DNA of 20,432 nt from Planctomycetota bacterium (GTDB lineage Bacteria > Planctomycetota > SZUA-567 > H5-PLA8). The DNA lies in NCBI GenBank assembly GCA_045863855.1, contig BTVV01000111.1, forward strand, positions 1-20,432. The letters are read 5' to 3'. The first letter of the stretch is position 1, and every line of letters begins with the position of its first letter. The notes under the pieces are model-generated. The model was not told the DNA's origin and searched no databases. It was given only the letters and a program-made list of their open reading frames with translations. Positions 7,728 to 16,663 of this stretch are shown here, in pieces. The position numbers and the translations under genes were made by a program.

Positions 7728-10526
7728 CTACTGCGAATCGTCGCCGTCTTTGTCCTTCGCGGGCGCGGCATCGTCGGCGTCTTTTTCGTCCGCTTCGTCG
7801 TCCTTCGCCTGATCTTCGGCGCGGCGGAGCAGTTCTTTCACTTCCGGCGCATCGGGGTCGGCGGGCGGCATCTCGCCGTTGGCGGTGGACGCGCCAGTCT
7901 CGTCTTTGGGCTTGGACTTGCTGTCGCGCTCAGCCAGTTCGCGGGCTTCGGCTTTTTGGGCCTCGGCCTGTTCGTTGGCGGCGTCGGCGTCTTCGCGTGC
8001 GATGCGCGCCACGGCGGTGACCTTGTCGTTTTCGCCCAGGTCCACCACCTTCACGCCCACGGCGGCGCGGCCGGTTTCGCGGACGTCCTCGACCGGGCAG
8101 CGGATCACCTTGCCGCTCTCGGTCATGACCATCAGTTCGTCCCCGTCGCGCACCGGCGTCACGGCGACCACAGGCCCGTTCTTGTCGGTGATCTTGACGT
8201 TGATGACGCCTTTGCTGCGCTGGCTGGAAACCTTGCGGTATTCGTCGAGCTGCGTGCGCTTGCCGAGTCCGAGTTCGCAGACGGTGAGCAGGTAATCGCC
8301 CGGCGCGCCGACGACGACGGCCACGAGCTGGTCGCCTTCTTCCAGCCGCGGGCCGTTCACCCCGCGCGCGGTGCGGCCCATGTCGCGGATCACGCTCTCT
8401 TCGAAGCGCACGGCCATGCCCAGCCGCGTGGCAAGAACCAGTTCCTGCCCGCGCTGCACGTACTTAGCGGCGATCACTTCGTCGTCGGGGTCGATGCCCA
8501 TGGTGATGATGCCGCCGCGGCGCGGATTGCTGTACTCGTCGAGCTTGCATTTCTTAATATAGCCGCGCTTCGAGACGATGCAGATGCTGGCCTCGGCCGT
8601 GAAATTCTCCACCGGGACCACCGAGACCATGCGCTGCTCGGGGGTCAATTCCAGGAGGTTTACGATCGCGCGCCCCTGCGCCATGCGGCCCAGTTGCGGG
8701 ATGTCGTACACCTTCTGCCAATACACGCGTCCGTCGTTGGTGAAGAAGAGCAGGTAGTCGTGGGTGGACGCGATGAAGAGGTGTTCGGGGAAGTCGGCTT
8801 CGTCCTTGCTGCGTTGTCCGATGATGCCTTTCCCGCCGCGCGACTGCACGCGGTAGCTGGCCAGCGGTTCGCGCTTGATGTAGCCCTTGTTGGTGATCGT
8901 GACGGCCATCACCTCGTCGGCGATCAGATCTTCCATCGCCAGTTCGCCGGAATCCTCGACCACCAGCGTGCGCCGCTCGTCGCCGTACTTCTCCTTCATC
9001 TCGTACAGGTCTTCCTTGATGATGTCGTAGACGCGCGCTTCGTTGGTCAGGATGTCCTGGTAGTCGCGGATCGCGTCCTGGATCTCGGCGTACTGAGTCT
9101 TGAGCTTCTCGCGTTCCAGGCCGGTGAGCGTGCGCAGCGCCATGTTGAGGATGTGCCCGGTCTGGCGCACGCTGAATTCGTACTTCGCCATCATCTGGTC
9201 GCGTGCGTCGTCGGCGTCCTTGCTGCTGCGAATGATCGAGATGATGTCGTCGATGTGGTCGAGGGCCATCAGCAGGCCTTCGAGCCGGTGCGCTTCGGAT
9301 TCGGCCTGCGCCAGCAGGTAACGCGTGCGCCGCGTCACCACATCCATGCGGTGTTCGACATACTGCTGCAAGATCTGCTTCAGGTTAAGGATGCGCGGGC
9401 GCCCGCGCACCAGCGCCAGCATGATCACGCTGAAAGTGAATTCGAGCGGCGTATACTTGTAGAGCCGGTTGAGAACCACGTCGCGGTTCTCGCCGCGCTT
9501 GAGTTCGATGACCAGCCGCACGCCTTCCTTGCTGCTGTGATCCACCACGTCGGCGATGCCGGTGATCCGGCCGCTTTTGGCGGCTTCGACGATCTTCAGC
9601 ACCAGCCGTTCGAGCCCGACCTGATAAGGAATCTCGTCGATGACGATCTTCTCGCGGTCCTTCTCCTCTTCGAAGTGCACGCGCGCGCGCAGCGAGAGAT
9701 GCCCGCGGCCGGTCAGGTACGCGTCGCGGATGCCCTGCTTGCCGCAGATCAGCGCGCCGGTCGGGAAGTCGGGCGCGGTCACGTGCTTCATCAGGTCCTG
9801 GACCGTGCACGTGGGATTTTCGATCAGGTGAATCAGCGCGTCGCAGACTTCCTTAAGATTGTGCGGCGGGATGCTGGTGGCCATGCCCACCGCGATGCCC
9901 TGTCCGCCGTTGACGATCAGGTTGGGGAACTTGGCCGGCAGCACCGTCGGCTCGGTGCGCGACTCGTCGTAGTTGGGGATGAAGTCGACCGTGTCCTTGT
10001 CGAGATCGTCCAGCATCTCGACGCAGGCGCCGGTCATGCGCGCTTCGGTATACCTCATCGCCGCCGGCGGGTCGGGGCTGATCGAGCCGAAATTGCCCTG
10101 CCCGTCGACGAGGATGTAGCGCGTGTTCCAATGCTGGGCCATGCGCACGAGGGTGGGGTAGATCACCTGTTCGCCATGCGGGTGGTAGTTGCCCGAGGTG
10201 TCGCCGGCGATCTTCGCGCATTTGCGGTGCTTGGCGCGCGGCCCCAAACCCAAGTCATGCATGGCGACCAGAATGCGCCGCTGCGAAGGCTTCAACCCGT
10301 CGCGCGCATCGGGCAAGGCGCGGGCGACGATTACCGACATGGCGTAGGTGAGGTACGACTTTTTCAGGTCCTCCTCGATCAGGAGGTTCTGAACATTGCC
10401 GCCGTGAATGTCCGGTGCGAAGCCTCCGGACGTGCGCGAGGAACCCGCATCGCCGGCCTTGTCGGCGGGCGTTTCCGGGGCTTCGTCATCGGGATTTTCG
10501 GGCGGGGGCGTATCGGAATCGGCCAT
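7728..10526 (-). CDS. gyrA: DNA gyrase subunit A
   Basis: [17 protein letters not shown], catalytic [23 protein letters not shown], GyrA-box 'QSRGGKG', C-terminal pinwheel repeats and an acidic tail. Confidence 0.97.
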   Translation of the reverse strand: MADSDTPPPENPDDEAPETPADKAGDAGSSRTSGGFAPDIHGGNVQNLLIEEDLKKSYLTYAMSVIVARALPDARDGLKPSQRRILVAMHDLGLGPRAKHRKCAKIAGDTSGNYHPHGEQVIYPTLVRMAQHWNTRYILVDGQGNFGSISPDPPAAMRYTEARMTGACVEMLDDLDKDTVDFIPNYDESRTEPTVLPAKFPNLIVNGGQGIAVGMATSIPPHNLKEVCDALIHLIENPTCTVQDLMKHVTAPDFPTGALICGKQGIRDAYLTGRGHLSLRARVHFEEEKDREKIVIDEIPYQVGLERLVLKIVEAAKSGRITGIADVVDHSSKEGVRLVIELKRGENRDVVLNRLYKYTPLEFTFSVIMLALVRGRPRILNLKQILQQYVEHRMDVVTRRTRYLLAQAESEAHRLEGLLMALDHIDDIISIIRSSKDADDARDQMMAKYEFSVRQTGHILNMALRTLTGLEREKLKTQYAEIQDAIRDYQDILTNEARVYDIIKEDLYEMKEKYGDERRTLVVEDSGELAMEDLIADEVMAVTITNKGYIKREPLASYRVQSRGGKGIIGQRSKDEADFPEHLFIASTHDYLLFFTNDGRVYWQKVYDIPQLGRMAQGRAIVNLLELTPEQRMVSVVPVENFTAEASICIVSKRGYIKKCKLDEYSNPRRGGIITMGIDPDDEVIAAKYVQRGQELVLATRLGMAVRFEESVIRDMGRTARGVNGPRLEEGDQLVAVVVGAPGDYLLTVCELGLGKRTQLDEYRKVSSQRSKGVINVKITDKNGPVVAVTPVRDGDELMVMTESGKVIRCPVEDVRETGRAAVGVKVVDLGENDKVTAVARIAREDADAANEQAEAQKAEARELAERDSKSKPKDETGASTANGEMPPADPDAPEVKELLRRAEDQAKDDEADEKDADDAAPAKDKDGDDSQ

Positions 10527-10665
10527 AGCTTGTCAGTACGTTCCTTCGCCTTCGCGGCGCTCTAATGGAAGCCAAATCAGTGTAATCTAAGGGCAGGTTT
10601 TCGGCTACCTCTGGAAACGCCTAAACGACGATTCCCAAAAGCTTTTTGAGACTCGCTACGAGTAG

Positions 10666-11556
10666 TTATTCAGGTGTTTTTTCGGGTTCCGCGATTTTGC
10701 TTCCCGAAGCGGCAGGCGGTGCGTCGGCGGGGGGCGGGGCAGCCGGAGCATCCGGCACCTCAGCGGACGGCGGCGGAGGTGGCGCGGCGCTTGGCTTTCC
10801 GCTGGGTCGCAGGCCATCCCAGGCATCCGGCTGGACTGGAATCTTGAACTGCTCGCGCTTGCGCTCTTCCGGCGATGCGCGCGGCGTGGGACGACCCCAG
10901 ACGTAATACCAGATCGCGTACCCGCCGCCCGCCACCAGGCAACTCAGCAGCAGACCCAGCACCAGCGGTGCTTTGCTTGCGGGCGGATCGGGCGACGTAT
11001 CCCAGACGATGGCGTCCTGGTCGCGTCGAATAATGACCTTGGGCCCCGGCGTGCGCGCCAGCGCCTCGGGCGACGTCGCGGCCTCGAGTCGAATCTTTTT
11101 GCGCTCGGGCGCCGCGGACGGTTTGCCCGTTTCGGCGGCGGGCTTGGGCGTCTCGGCCTTGCGCGCCGCGGGTTTCCCCGCCGGCTTGGGTGTCTCGGCC
11201 GTTTTCATGGCTACGACCGGCTTGACGGGTTCGGCAGGTTCGCGCGGAGTCGGAGGATCCTCAACGGCATCCAGCGCTTCGTGCGGCGTGGTGGAATCTT
11301 CGGGCAGCGCGGCCACAGCCGCGGCGGGCGACGGCGGCGTGCGGGCGGCAGGACTGGGTGCAGGCGGCCGGCTTTCGGGCTCGGCGGGCAAGCCGCGGTA
11401 CTCCGGAGCCAATTGCTCTGGCGGCGGCGGAGCGGCCTCGTCGCTTTCGGGAATCGGTACTTTCGCGCCGCAACGCGGGCAGCGCCCGGTCTTGCCGGGG
11501 CTGTCGGGCGCGCGAATTTTCTTCGCGCACTGTTTGCAGTAGACGACGATCGGCAT
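10666..11556 (-). CDS. Zn-ribbon / Pro-rich single-pass membrane protein
   Basis: N-terminal CKQC...CPRC, a long Pro/Ala/Glu linker, one TM helix (LVLGLLLSCLVAGGGYAIWYYVW) and a Pro-rich tail. Confidence 0.8.
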   Translation of the reverse strand: MPIVVYCKQCAKKIRAPDSPGKTGRCPRCGAKVPIPESDEAAPPPPEQLAPEYRGLPAEPESRPPAPSPAARTPPSPAAAVAALPEDSTTPHEALDAVEDPPTPREPAEPVKPVVAMKTAETPKPAGKPAARKAETPKPAAETGKPSAAPERKKIRLEAATSPEALARTPGPKVIIRRDQDAIVWDTSPDPPASKAPLVLGLLLSCLVAGGGYAIWYYVWGRPTPRASPEERKREQFKIPVQPDAWDGLRPSGKPSAAPPPPPSAEVPDAPAAPPPADAPPAASGSKIAEPEKTPE

Positions 11557-11659
11557 CGCGCCGCGTGGGCTCCCGGTCGCTGGTGGCTAACCGGAACATC
11601 TTACGCCAAGCCGCCGAAAAGCTCACGCTCAAGAAGTCCGCCGCGTTTAGTATGAGCGC

Positions 11660-12283
11660 ATGGATTCGAGCGCCCGCGATATCGACGCCGTGATCTTCGA
11701 CCTCGGTCGTGTGTTGATCGATTTCGACTGGCGCCGCACCATGTCCGCTTGGGGCTTGGGTGCGATCCCGCTGTCCGAGTTGCAAAAGCGCTTTCTGAGC
11801 GAGACGGACTTTTTCGACTTCGAGACCGGCGCCATCGATCCAGATGCGTTTCACGCACAGGTCCAGACTTTCGTGGGCCGGCCGCTCTCCTTTGACGAAT
11901 TTCGCGCCGCCTGGAACGGCGTCTTCAAAGACGAGTTTCATGACACGGTGGAACTCGCGCGGCGCTTGCATCGCGGCGGATCGGTCAAGGTGGGCGTGCT
12001 CTCGAACACCAACGTATTGCATGCGGAATACCTGCGCGCTCGGATGCCGATCTTGCGCGAACTGTCTCATGTCTACTGCAGCCAGGAACTGGGCGCGCGC
12101 AAGCCCGACGCCGAGGCTTACGTCCGCACCCTGGTCGGAATGGACGTTGCCGCGAACCGCGCGGTCTTCGTCGATGACCTGGAAGAAAACCTGGTCGCCG
12201 CTCGCGCGCTGGGTATGCGGACCGTGCTTGCGCGCTCGCCCGAATCGGTCGCGGACGGTCTGCGGGCGCTGGGCCTGGAATAA
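11660..12283 (+). CDS. HAD-superfamily phosphatase (YihX-like, subfamily IA)
   Basis: Motif I 'IFDLGRVL', motif II 'LSNT', motif III 'RKPD', motif IV 'FVDDLEEN'. Confidence 0.92.
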   Translation: MDSSARDIDAVIFDLGRVLIDFDWRRTMSAWGLGAIPLSELQKRFLSETDFFDFETGAIDPDAFHAQVQTFVGRPLSFDEFRAAWNGVFKDEFHDTVELARRLHRGGSVKVGVLSNTNVLHAEYLRARMPILRELSHVYCSQELGARKPDAEAYVRTLVGMDVAANRAVFVDDLEENLVAARALGMRTVLARSPESVADGLRALGLE

Positions 12284-12359
12284 ATAAAGCGAACCCAACA
12301 GCCGCAGAAGTAAGGGTCCGGAGTCCTTGGTGAACGCTTTCGGGGGGCGGAGAGCCGCC

Positions 12360-13103
12360 ATGCCGAGCCGTGTGACGCACGATAAGCCCGTGGCCTTCGT
12401 GACCGGCGGAGCGATCCGGCTGGGCCGGGCGATGGCCGAGGCGCTTGCCGCCGACGGCTACGATCTGGTTTTGCATGGGAATCGTTCGGCGCGCGAGTTG
12501 GAAGCGCTGGCGCGGGTGCTGCGCTCGCGGGGCACGCGCGTCAAAGTGTTACGCGGCGATCTCTCCAAGGCCGTACGCGTCACGCGTCTGGCGCGAGAAG
12601 CGTGGAAGGCCTACGGTCGGGTGGACGTGCTGGTGAACAACGCGGCGCTCTTCGCGCCGACACCGCTGCCGCGCCTCGATGCGGCGGAATTCGACCGCTA
12701 CGTGAACGTGAACCTCAAGGCGCCGTATCTGCTGGCGGCGCAGTTGGGCCGCAAGATGCGTTCGCGCGGGTCCGGACAAATCGTCAATTTCGCGTGTCTG
12801 TCGGCTTTCAAGGCGTGGCGCGATTACGTGCCCTATTCGATCTCCAAGGCCGGCGTGGTGGCTTTAACCCAAGGGTTGGCCAAATTGCTCGCGCCTGAGA
12901 TTCGGGTCAACGCCATCGCGCCCGGCACCGTACTGCCCCCCGAGGACTACTCCGGAGCGGCCCTGCGCACGCTGAAACGGCGTATTCCGCTCAGCCGCCT
13001 GGGCCAGCCCGGAGATATCGTGCGTGCGCTGCGCTACCTGTTGAGTGCGGAATTCGTCACCGGACAGATTCTGGTGGTGGACGGCGGGCGTTCGTTGCGC
13101 TGA
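12360..13103 (+). CDS. Short-chain dehydrogenase/reductase, pteridine reductase (FolM/PTR1)-like
   Basis: TGGAIRLG (Arg-containing Gly motif of pteridine reductases), LVNNAA, YSISK, RVNAIAPG, VTGQILVVDGG. GGAG before ATG 12360. Confidence 0.85.
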   Translation: MPSRVTHDKPVAFVTGGAIRLGRAMAEALAADGYDLVLHGNRSARELEALARVLRSRGTRVKVLRGDLSKAVRVTRLAREAWKAYGRVDVLVNNAALFAPTPLPRLDAAEFDRYVNVNLKAPYLLAAQLGRKMRSRGSGQIVNFACLSAFKAWRDYVPYSISKAGVVALTQGLAKLLAPEIRVNAIAPGTVLPPEDYSGAALRTLKRRIPLSRLGQPGDIVRALRYLLSAEFVTGQILVVDGGRSLR

Positions 13104-13112
13104 GTAGCGCTA

Positions 13113-13141
13113 TTGACAGGTTTTGGAATGGCCCTGAGACT
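13113..13141 (+). promoter_or_regulatory. Putative sigma70 promoter, leaderless
   Basis: TTGACA (13113-13118), 17 nt, GAGACT (13136-13141), 6 nt, then ATG 13148. Confidence 0.6.
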
Positions 13142-13147
13142 GCCCGA

Positions 13148-13933
13148 ATGCCGCGACAGGCCATCATCTCGGATATCCACGCCAATGTCGTTGCGTTGGA
13201 GACGACGCTGCTGGATTGCGATAAGCAGCAGGTAGACGAGATCGTCTGCATCGGAGATATCGTCGGCTACGGCCCCGATCCGGTGGAGTGTGTAGATCTG
13301 GTCCGCCGTCGCTGTGCCTGGACGCTCTGCGGCAATCACGACGTCGCGCTCTTCATGGCCCAGCCGCTGGGATTCAACAAGATCGCCCGCGCGGCGATCC
13401 TTTGGCACAAGAACCTCCTTTTGCCCAAGTGGTACAGCTTGCCCGAAGCCCGGCAGCGTTGGAAATGGCTGCAGGGCTTGAGCCCCTCGCGGACGGACAA
13501 GAACGTGCTCTACGTCCACGCCTCGCCGCGCGATCCGCTCACCGAGTACGTCGAAGAAGGCGACGTGGCCGACATGGGCTTCGGACCGTCGCAGAAGATT
13601 GTGGAAATTTTCGAGCAGATCCCGTGGCTGAGCTTCTGCGGCCACAGCCATAAGCCCGGTGTGATCACTCAAAACTACTATTGGATTAAGCCGCACGAGC
13701 TGAAGGACCACACGTACACGTTGCCCGAGAACGAGAAGACGCTGATCAACATCGGTTCGGTGGGGCAGCCGCGCGACCATACGCCCGATTCGTGTTATGT
13801 AATTTACGACACCGAGGCGCGGACCATCCGTTTTCGCCGCGTGCCCTACGACGTGCCCGCCGCTCAAGCGCGCTTCAAAGGCAAGCCGGATCTGCACGAA
13901 AAAAGCTGCCAGCGGCTCGCCAGCGGCGTCTGA
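13148..13933 (+). CDS. Metallophosphoesterase (calcineurin-like, YfcE/MJ0912-type), paralog 1
   Basis: SDIHAN, GDIVGYGP, GNHD, HASP, GHSH, NIGSVGQPRD. Confidence 0.93.
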   Translation: MPRQAIISDIHANVVALETTLLDCDKQQVDEIVCIGDIVGYGPDPVECVDLVRRRCAWTLCGNHDVALFMAQPLGFNKIARAAILWHKNLLLPKWYSLPEARQRWKWLQGLSPSRTDKNVLYVHASPRDPLTEYVEEGDVADMGFGPSQKIVEIFEQIPWLSFCGHSHKPGVITQNYYWIKPHELKDHTYTLPENEKTLINIGSVGQPRDHTPDSCYVIYDTEARTIRFRRVPYDVPAAQARFKGKPDLHEKSCQRLASGV

Positions 13934-13942
13934 GCCGCGGCG

Positions 13943-15394
13943 CTATTTCTGCTCGGCCTCGGTCTTCGGCGTTTCGGCCGGCGCGTCCGGACGCAGCGGG
14001 ATCCCCGCCAGTTCGAAGCGGTAGGCCCGGTTCGCACGGTCTTCCACCCACTGCAGCACCAGCGTCTTGGGCTCGTTCTGCAGATTCATCTTCACTTCCC
14101 ACGACTGGCCGTTGCCGCTGGCGCTGTGCCCGCCGCCGAGCAGCTTGCCGTCGGCATCGAGCCAGAACATGCCTTCGGCGTTTTCGGGAATCACCGGCTT
14201 GTCCGCGCCGCCGGCCGCCACGCCGCCGCCCACGGCCACCGCGCGCATCATCGCCACATTCATGCCCATGCCGCGCTGCCGGCCGCCGAATAGTTCCCCG
14301 GCTTGGCCCGAAGCCGTGAAGGCGACTTCCCAGCGCGCGCCCGACTTGGTGGGCTTCTGGAAAATCAGCACGCCGTTGCCGATCTGAATCTGCTTCCCCG
14401 CTTCGGCGGCCACATCGAAGGTGCGCTTCTGGACCTTCAGGGGTACTTCGACTTTCACTTCGCCCTTCCAAGTCAACGGGCCCTTAACGTCCGCCCCCGA
14501 GGGCAGCGCGGACTGGACCGTGTACACTCCTTTGGTGCCGTGCATATCGAAGCCGCCGCTGCGCATCCCGTTGCGCTGGTCGTTCGCCGCCGCTTCGGTC
14601 CCGTCGGGCTGCAGAAAGGATTGTTCGGAAATATTGAAATTCTGGACCGGCAATCCGGGTTCGGTCACCACCGCGCCTTCCAAGGTCCGCGAGGCGTTTT
14701 CCGAGCCTTGGCCCTGCATCAGATCGAACTCGCCTTGGGAATGGCTGCGAACCTTGGTGAAGACGAGCAATAACGGCCCGCGCGCTTGCGCAAGCGCCGC
14801 GCCGCGTTCGCCCAGATCGCACAAGGAGACCGGCAATTCGCCGTCCGCTTCGGCGCCCGAGAAGCCTTGTTTGACTTGGTACCCCAGCCCCGCCGCTTGC
14901 CGCAAGGCTTCCAGCGCTTCGAAGAACATCACATCCTTAAGGTCCAACGTGACCTTCTTCTCGCTTACGCCGGCCGCGGCCACGCTCCAGCCGTAATGTT
15001 CTTTAAGCTTGTCCAGGACCTCCTGAACTGTCGCGCCTTCCACCTTGAGCGTCACGCGCTTTGGGACGTCGTAGCGCTTGAGCGCCTCGTTCAGCCCCAG
15101 TTCGTTCAGCAGCCCGTTGAGTTGGGACTGGTAATCCAAGTCCGCGTCGGACTTCTTAAGTGCCTCCTGAACGGCCTCGCGAATGGACTCGCCTTTGTTG
15201 ATCAGGGCCTTGCGAGCGCCGGTACGCTGGTCCGGATCGTCAGCGCGAAGCTGCTCAAGGAGCGTATTAACCTCATCCGCCTTTGGAGCGGCTTCTTCAG
15301 ACACTGCACCTCGCGACAAACCCAAACTCGCGAGCAACGCCAGGAGTCCCCAAGCCAAGGGCCGTATCTTTAGAATGGGCAATAAGCTAGGCAT
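13943..15394 (-). CDS. Exported hypothetical protein with HEAT-like N-terminus and STN/secretin-N0-like segments
   Basis: Signal peptide, then 'LLEQLRADDPDQRTGARKAL', 'RVTLKVEGATVQEVLDKL' and 'KVTLDLKDVMFFEALEALRQAAGL', followed by a beta-rich C-terminal half. AAGGAG upstream. Confidence 0.8.
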   Translation of the reverse strand: MPSLLPILKIRPLAWGLLALLASLGLSRGAVSEEAAPKADEVNTLLEQLRADDPDQRTGARKALINKGESIREAVQEALKKSDADLDYQSQLNGLLNELGLNEALKRYDVPKRVTLKVEGATVQEVLDKLKEHYGWSVAAAGVSEKKVTLDLKDVMFFEALEALRQAAGLGYQVKQGFSGAEADGELPVSLCDLGERGAALAQARGPLLLVFTKVRSHSQGEFDLMQGQGSENASRTLEGAVVTEPGLPVQNFNISEQSFLQPDGTEAAANDQRNGMRSGGFDMHGTKGVYTVQSALPSGADVKGPLTWKGEVKVEVPLKVQKRTFDVAAEAGKQIQIGNGVLIFQKPTKSGARWEVAFTASGQAGELFGGRQRGMGMNVAMMRAVAVGGGVAAGGADKPVIPENAEGMFWLDADGKLLGGGHSASGNGQSWEVKMNLQNEPKTLVLQWVEDRANRAYRFELAGIPLRPDAPAETPKTEAEQK

Positions 15395-15638
15395 AGTGTG
15401 GCTCCTTACCGTGGAATGTGCAGTTCAATTGCACATGTAGGACGGAATATCCCATGAAGTTGGATGGAGGAAATCCAAAACCCGTGCCGATGCACACAAT
15501 ACAGAGGCTTTAGCGCGCGCGATGCTGCAGGGACCTCCAAAACGCTGCTTGCGTTTCGGGGATCGTTCTGAAAGAATCACGGATCGCTGTAACCGTTAAG
15601 TGCAATAGGGTTAACAGGATTCGCAAGGAGACAGGCAG

Positions 15639-15785
15639 TTGCCTAACAACGAACGTCGTCGCATGGAAATTCGCCTCAAGCGGAAGCGCCGGGCCAAGAA
15701 GAAGAAGGCCGAAGGTTTCCTGCGCGTGGTGGAGCGCACCAACGGACGTAAGAAGGTACGCTTCATTAAGCCGGCCGAAGCCTAA
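15639..15785 (+). CDS. Small highly basic protein (48 aa), possibly DUF6800-like; absent from the ORF track
   Basis: AAGGAG (15625-15630), 8 nt, TTG start. Translation MPNNERRRMEIRLKRKRRAKKKKAEGFLRVVERTNGRKKVRFIKPAEA*. GC-rich third positions. Alternative ATG at 15663. Confidence 0.75.
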   Translation: MPNNERRRMEIRLKRKRRAKKKKAEGFLRVVERTNGRKKVRFIKPAEA

Positions 15786-15808
15786 CCGTAACCCCCTGGA
15801 TCCGCCGG

Positions 15809-16663
15809 ATGTCCGAGCAGCCGTCCGCGCCGTCTCCTGAGCAGCCCGCAGCGTCGAACGGTTCGGCGAGCCGTAATGGCGTGCACGGACTGCGCGCGGT
15901 CATCAGCGACATTCACGGCAACATCGAAGCCTTCGTGGCGGTGCTGAAGGATATCGAACAGCAGAAGGTCGATGAGATCGTCTGCCTGGGCGATGTCGTC
16001 GGCTACGGCCCCAATCCCGTCGAATGCCTGAAGCTGGTGCGCAAGGTGGCTCGCTGGAGCCTCTGTGGGAACCACGACGCGGCGATGTTCATGACCCATG
16101 CCGTGGGCTTCAACGAAATGGCCGCGCGCGCCGCAGCCTGGCAGCGCAGTTTCATGCGTCCGGGGCTGTTCAGCCTTCCGGGCAAAGTCGCGCGCTGGCG
16201 CTGGCTAGAAAACCTGCCCGCGATGCGGCAGGAAGGCGACGCGATGTACGTCCACGCTTCGCCGCGCGATCCGCTCATGGAGTACGTCCTCGAAGAAGAC
16301 TTTCAGGACATGGGCTTCGGGCCCAGTCAGAAGGTCGTCGAGATGTTCGAGAAGTTCGATTGGGTCTGCTTCGTCGGGCACAGCCACCGCCCCGGCATCG
16401 CGAACCACGAGTACAAGTGGATCAAGCCCGCCGAACTGAAAGACCTGACCTACGATCTGCCGTCGGGCGAGAAGACCATCGTCAACATCGGCGCCGTGGG
16501 CCAACCGCGCGATCACAATCCGGATGCATGCTACGTTCTGTTCGACGGCCACCGCGTCCGATACCGCCGCGTGAAGTACGACGTCGAGACCACGCAGAAG
16601 AAGATTCGCGCCGTTCCCGAATTGGCCGACCGCCTTGCCGACCGCTTGGGCAAAGGCTTGTAA
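15809..16663 (+). CDS. Metallophosphoesterase (calcineurin-like), paralog 2
   Basis: SDIHGN, GDVVGYGP, GNHD, HASP, GHSH, NIGAVGQPRD. Ser/Pro-rich N-terminal extension; exact start uncertain. Confidence 0.93.
   Translation: MSEQPSAPSPEQPAASNGSASRNGVHGLRAVISDIHGNIEAFVAVLKDIEQQKVDEIVCLGDVVGYGPNPVECLKLVRKVARWSLCGNHDAAMFMTHAVGFNEMAARAAAWQRSFMRPGLFSLPGKVARWRWLENLPAMRQEGDAMYVHASPRDPLMEYVLEEDFQDMGFGPSQKVVEMFEKFDWVCFVGHSHRPGIANHEYKWIKPAELKDLTYDLPSGEKTIVNIGAVGQPRDHNPDACYVLFDGHRVRYRRVKYDVETTQKKIRAVPELADRLADRLGKGL

Noticed and set aside
7728..10526. Possibility that the topoisomerase subunit is ParC
   Set aside because: A GyrA-box (QSRGGKG) and a full C-terminal pinwheel with acidic tail are present.
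7518..10565. 1015-aa plus-strand ORF
   Set aside because: It is the antisense shadow of gyrA, expected from high-GC codon bias. It has no recognisable motifs.
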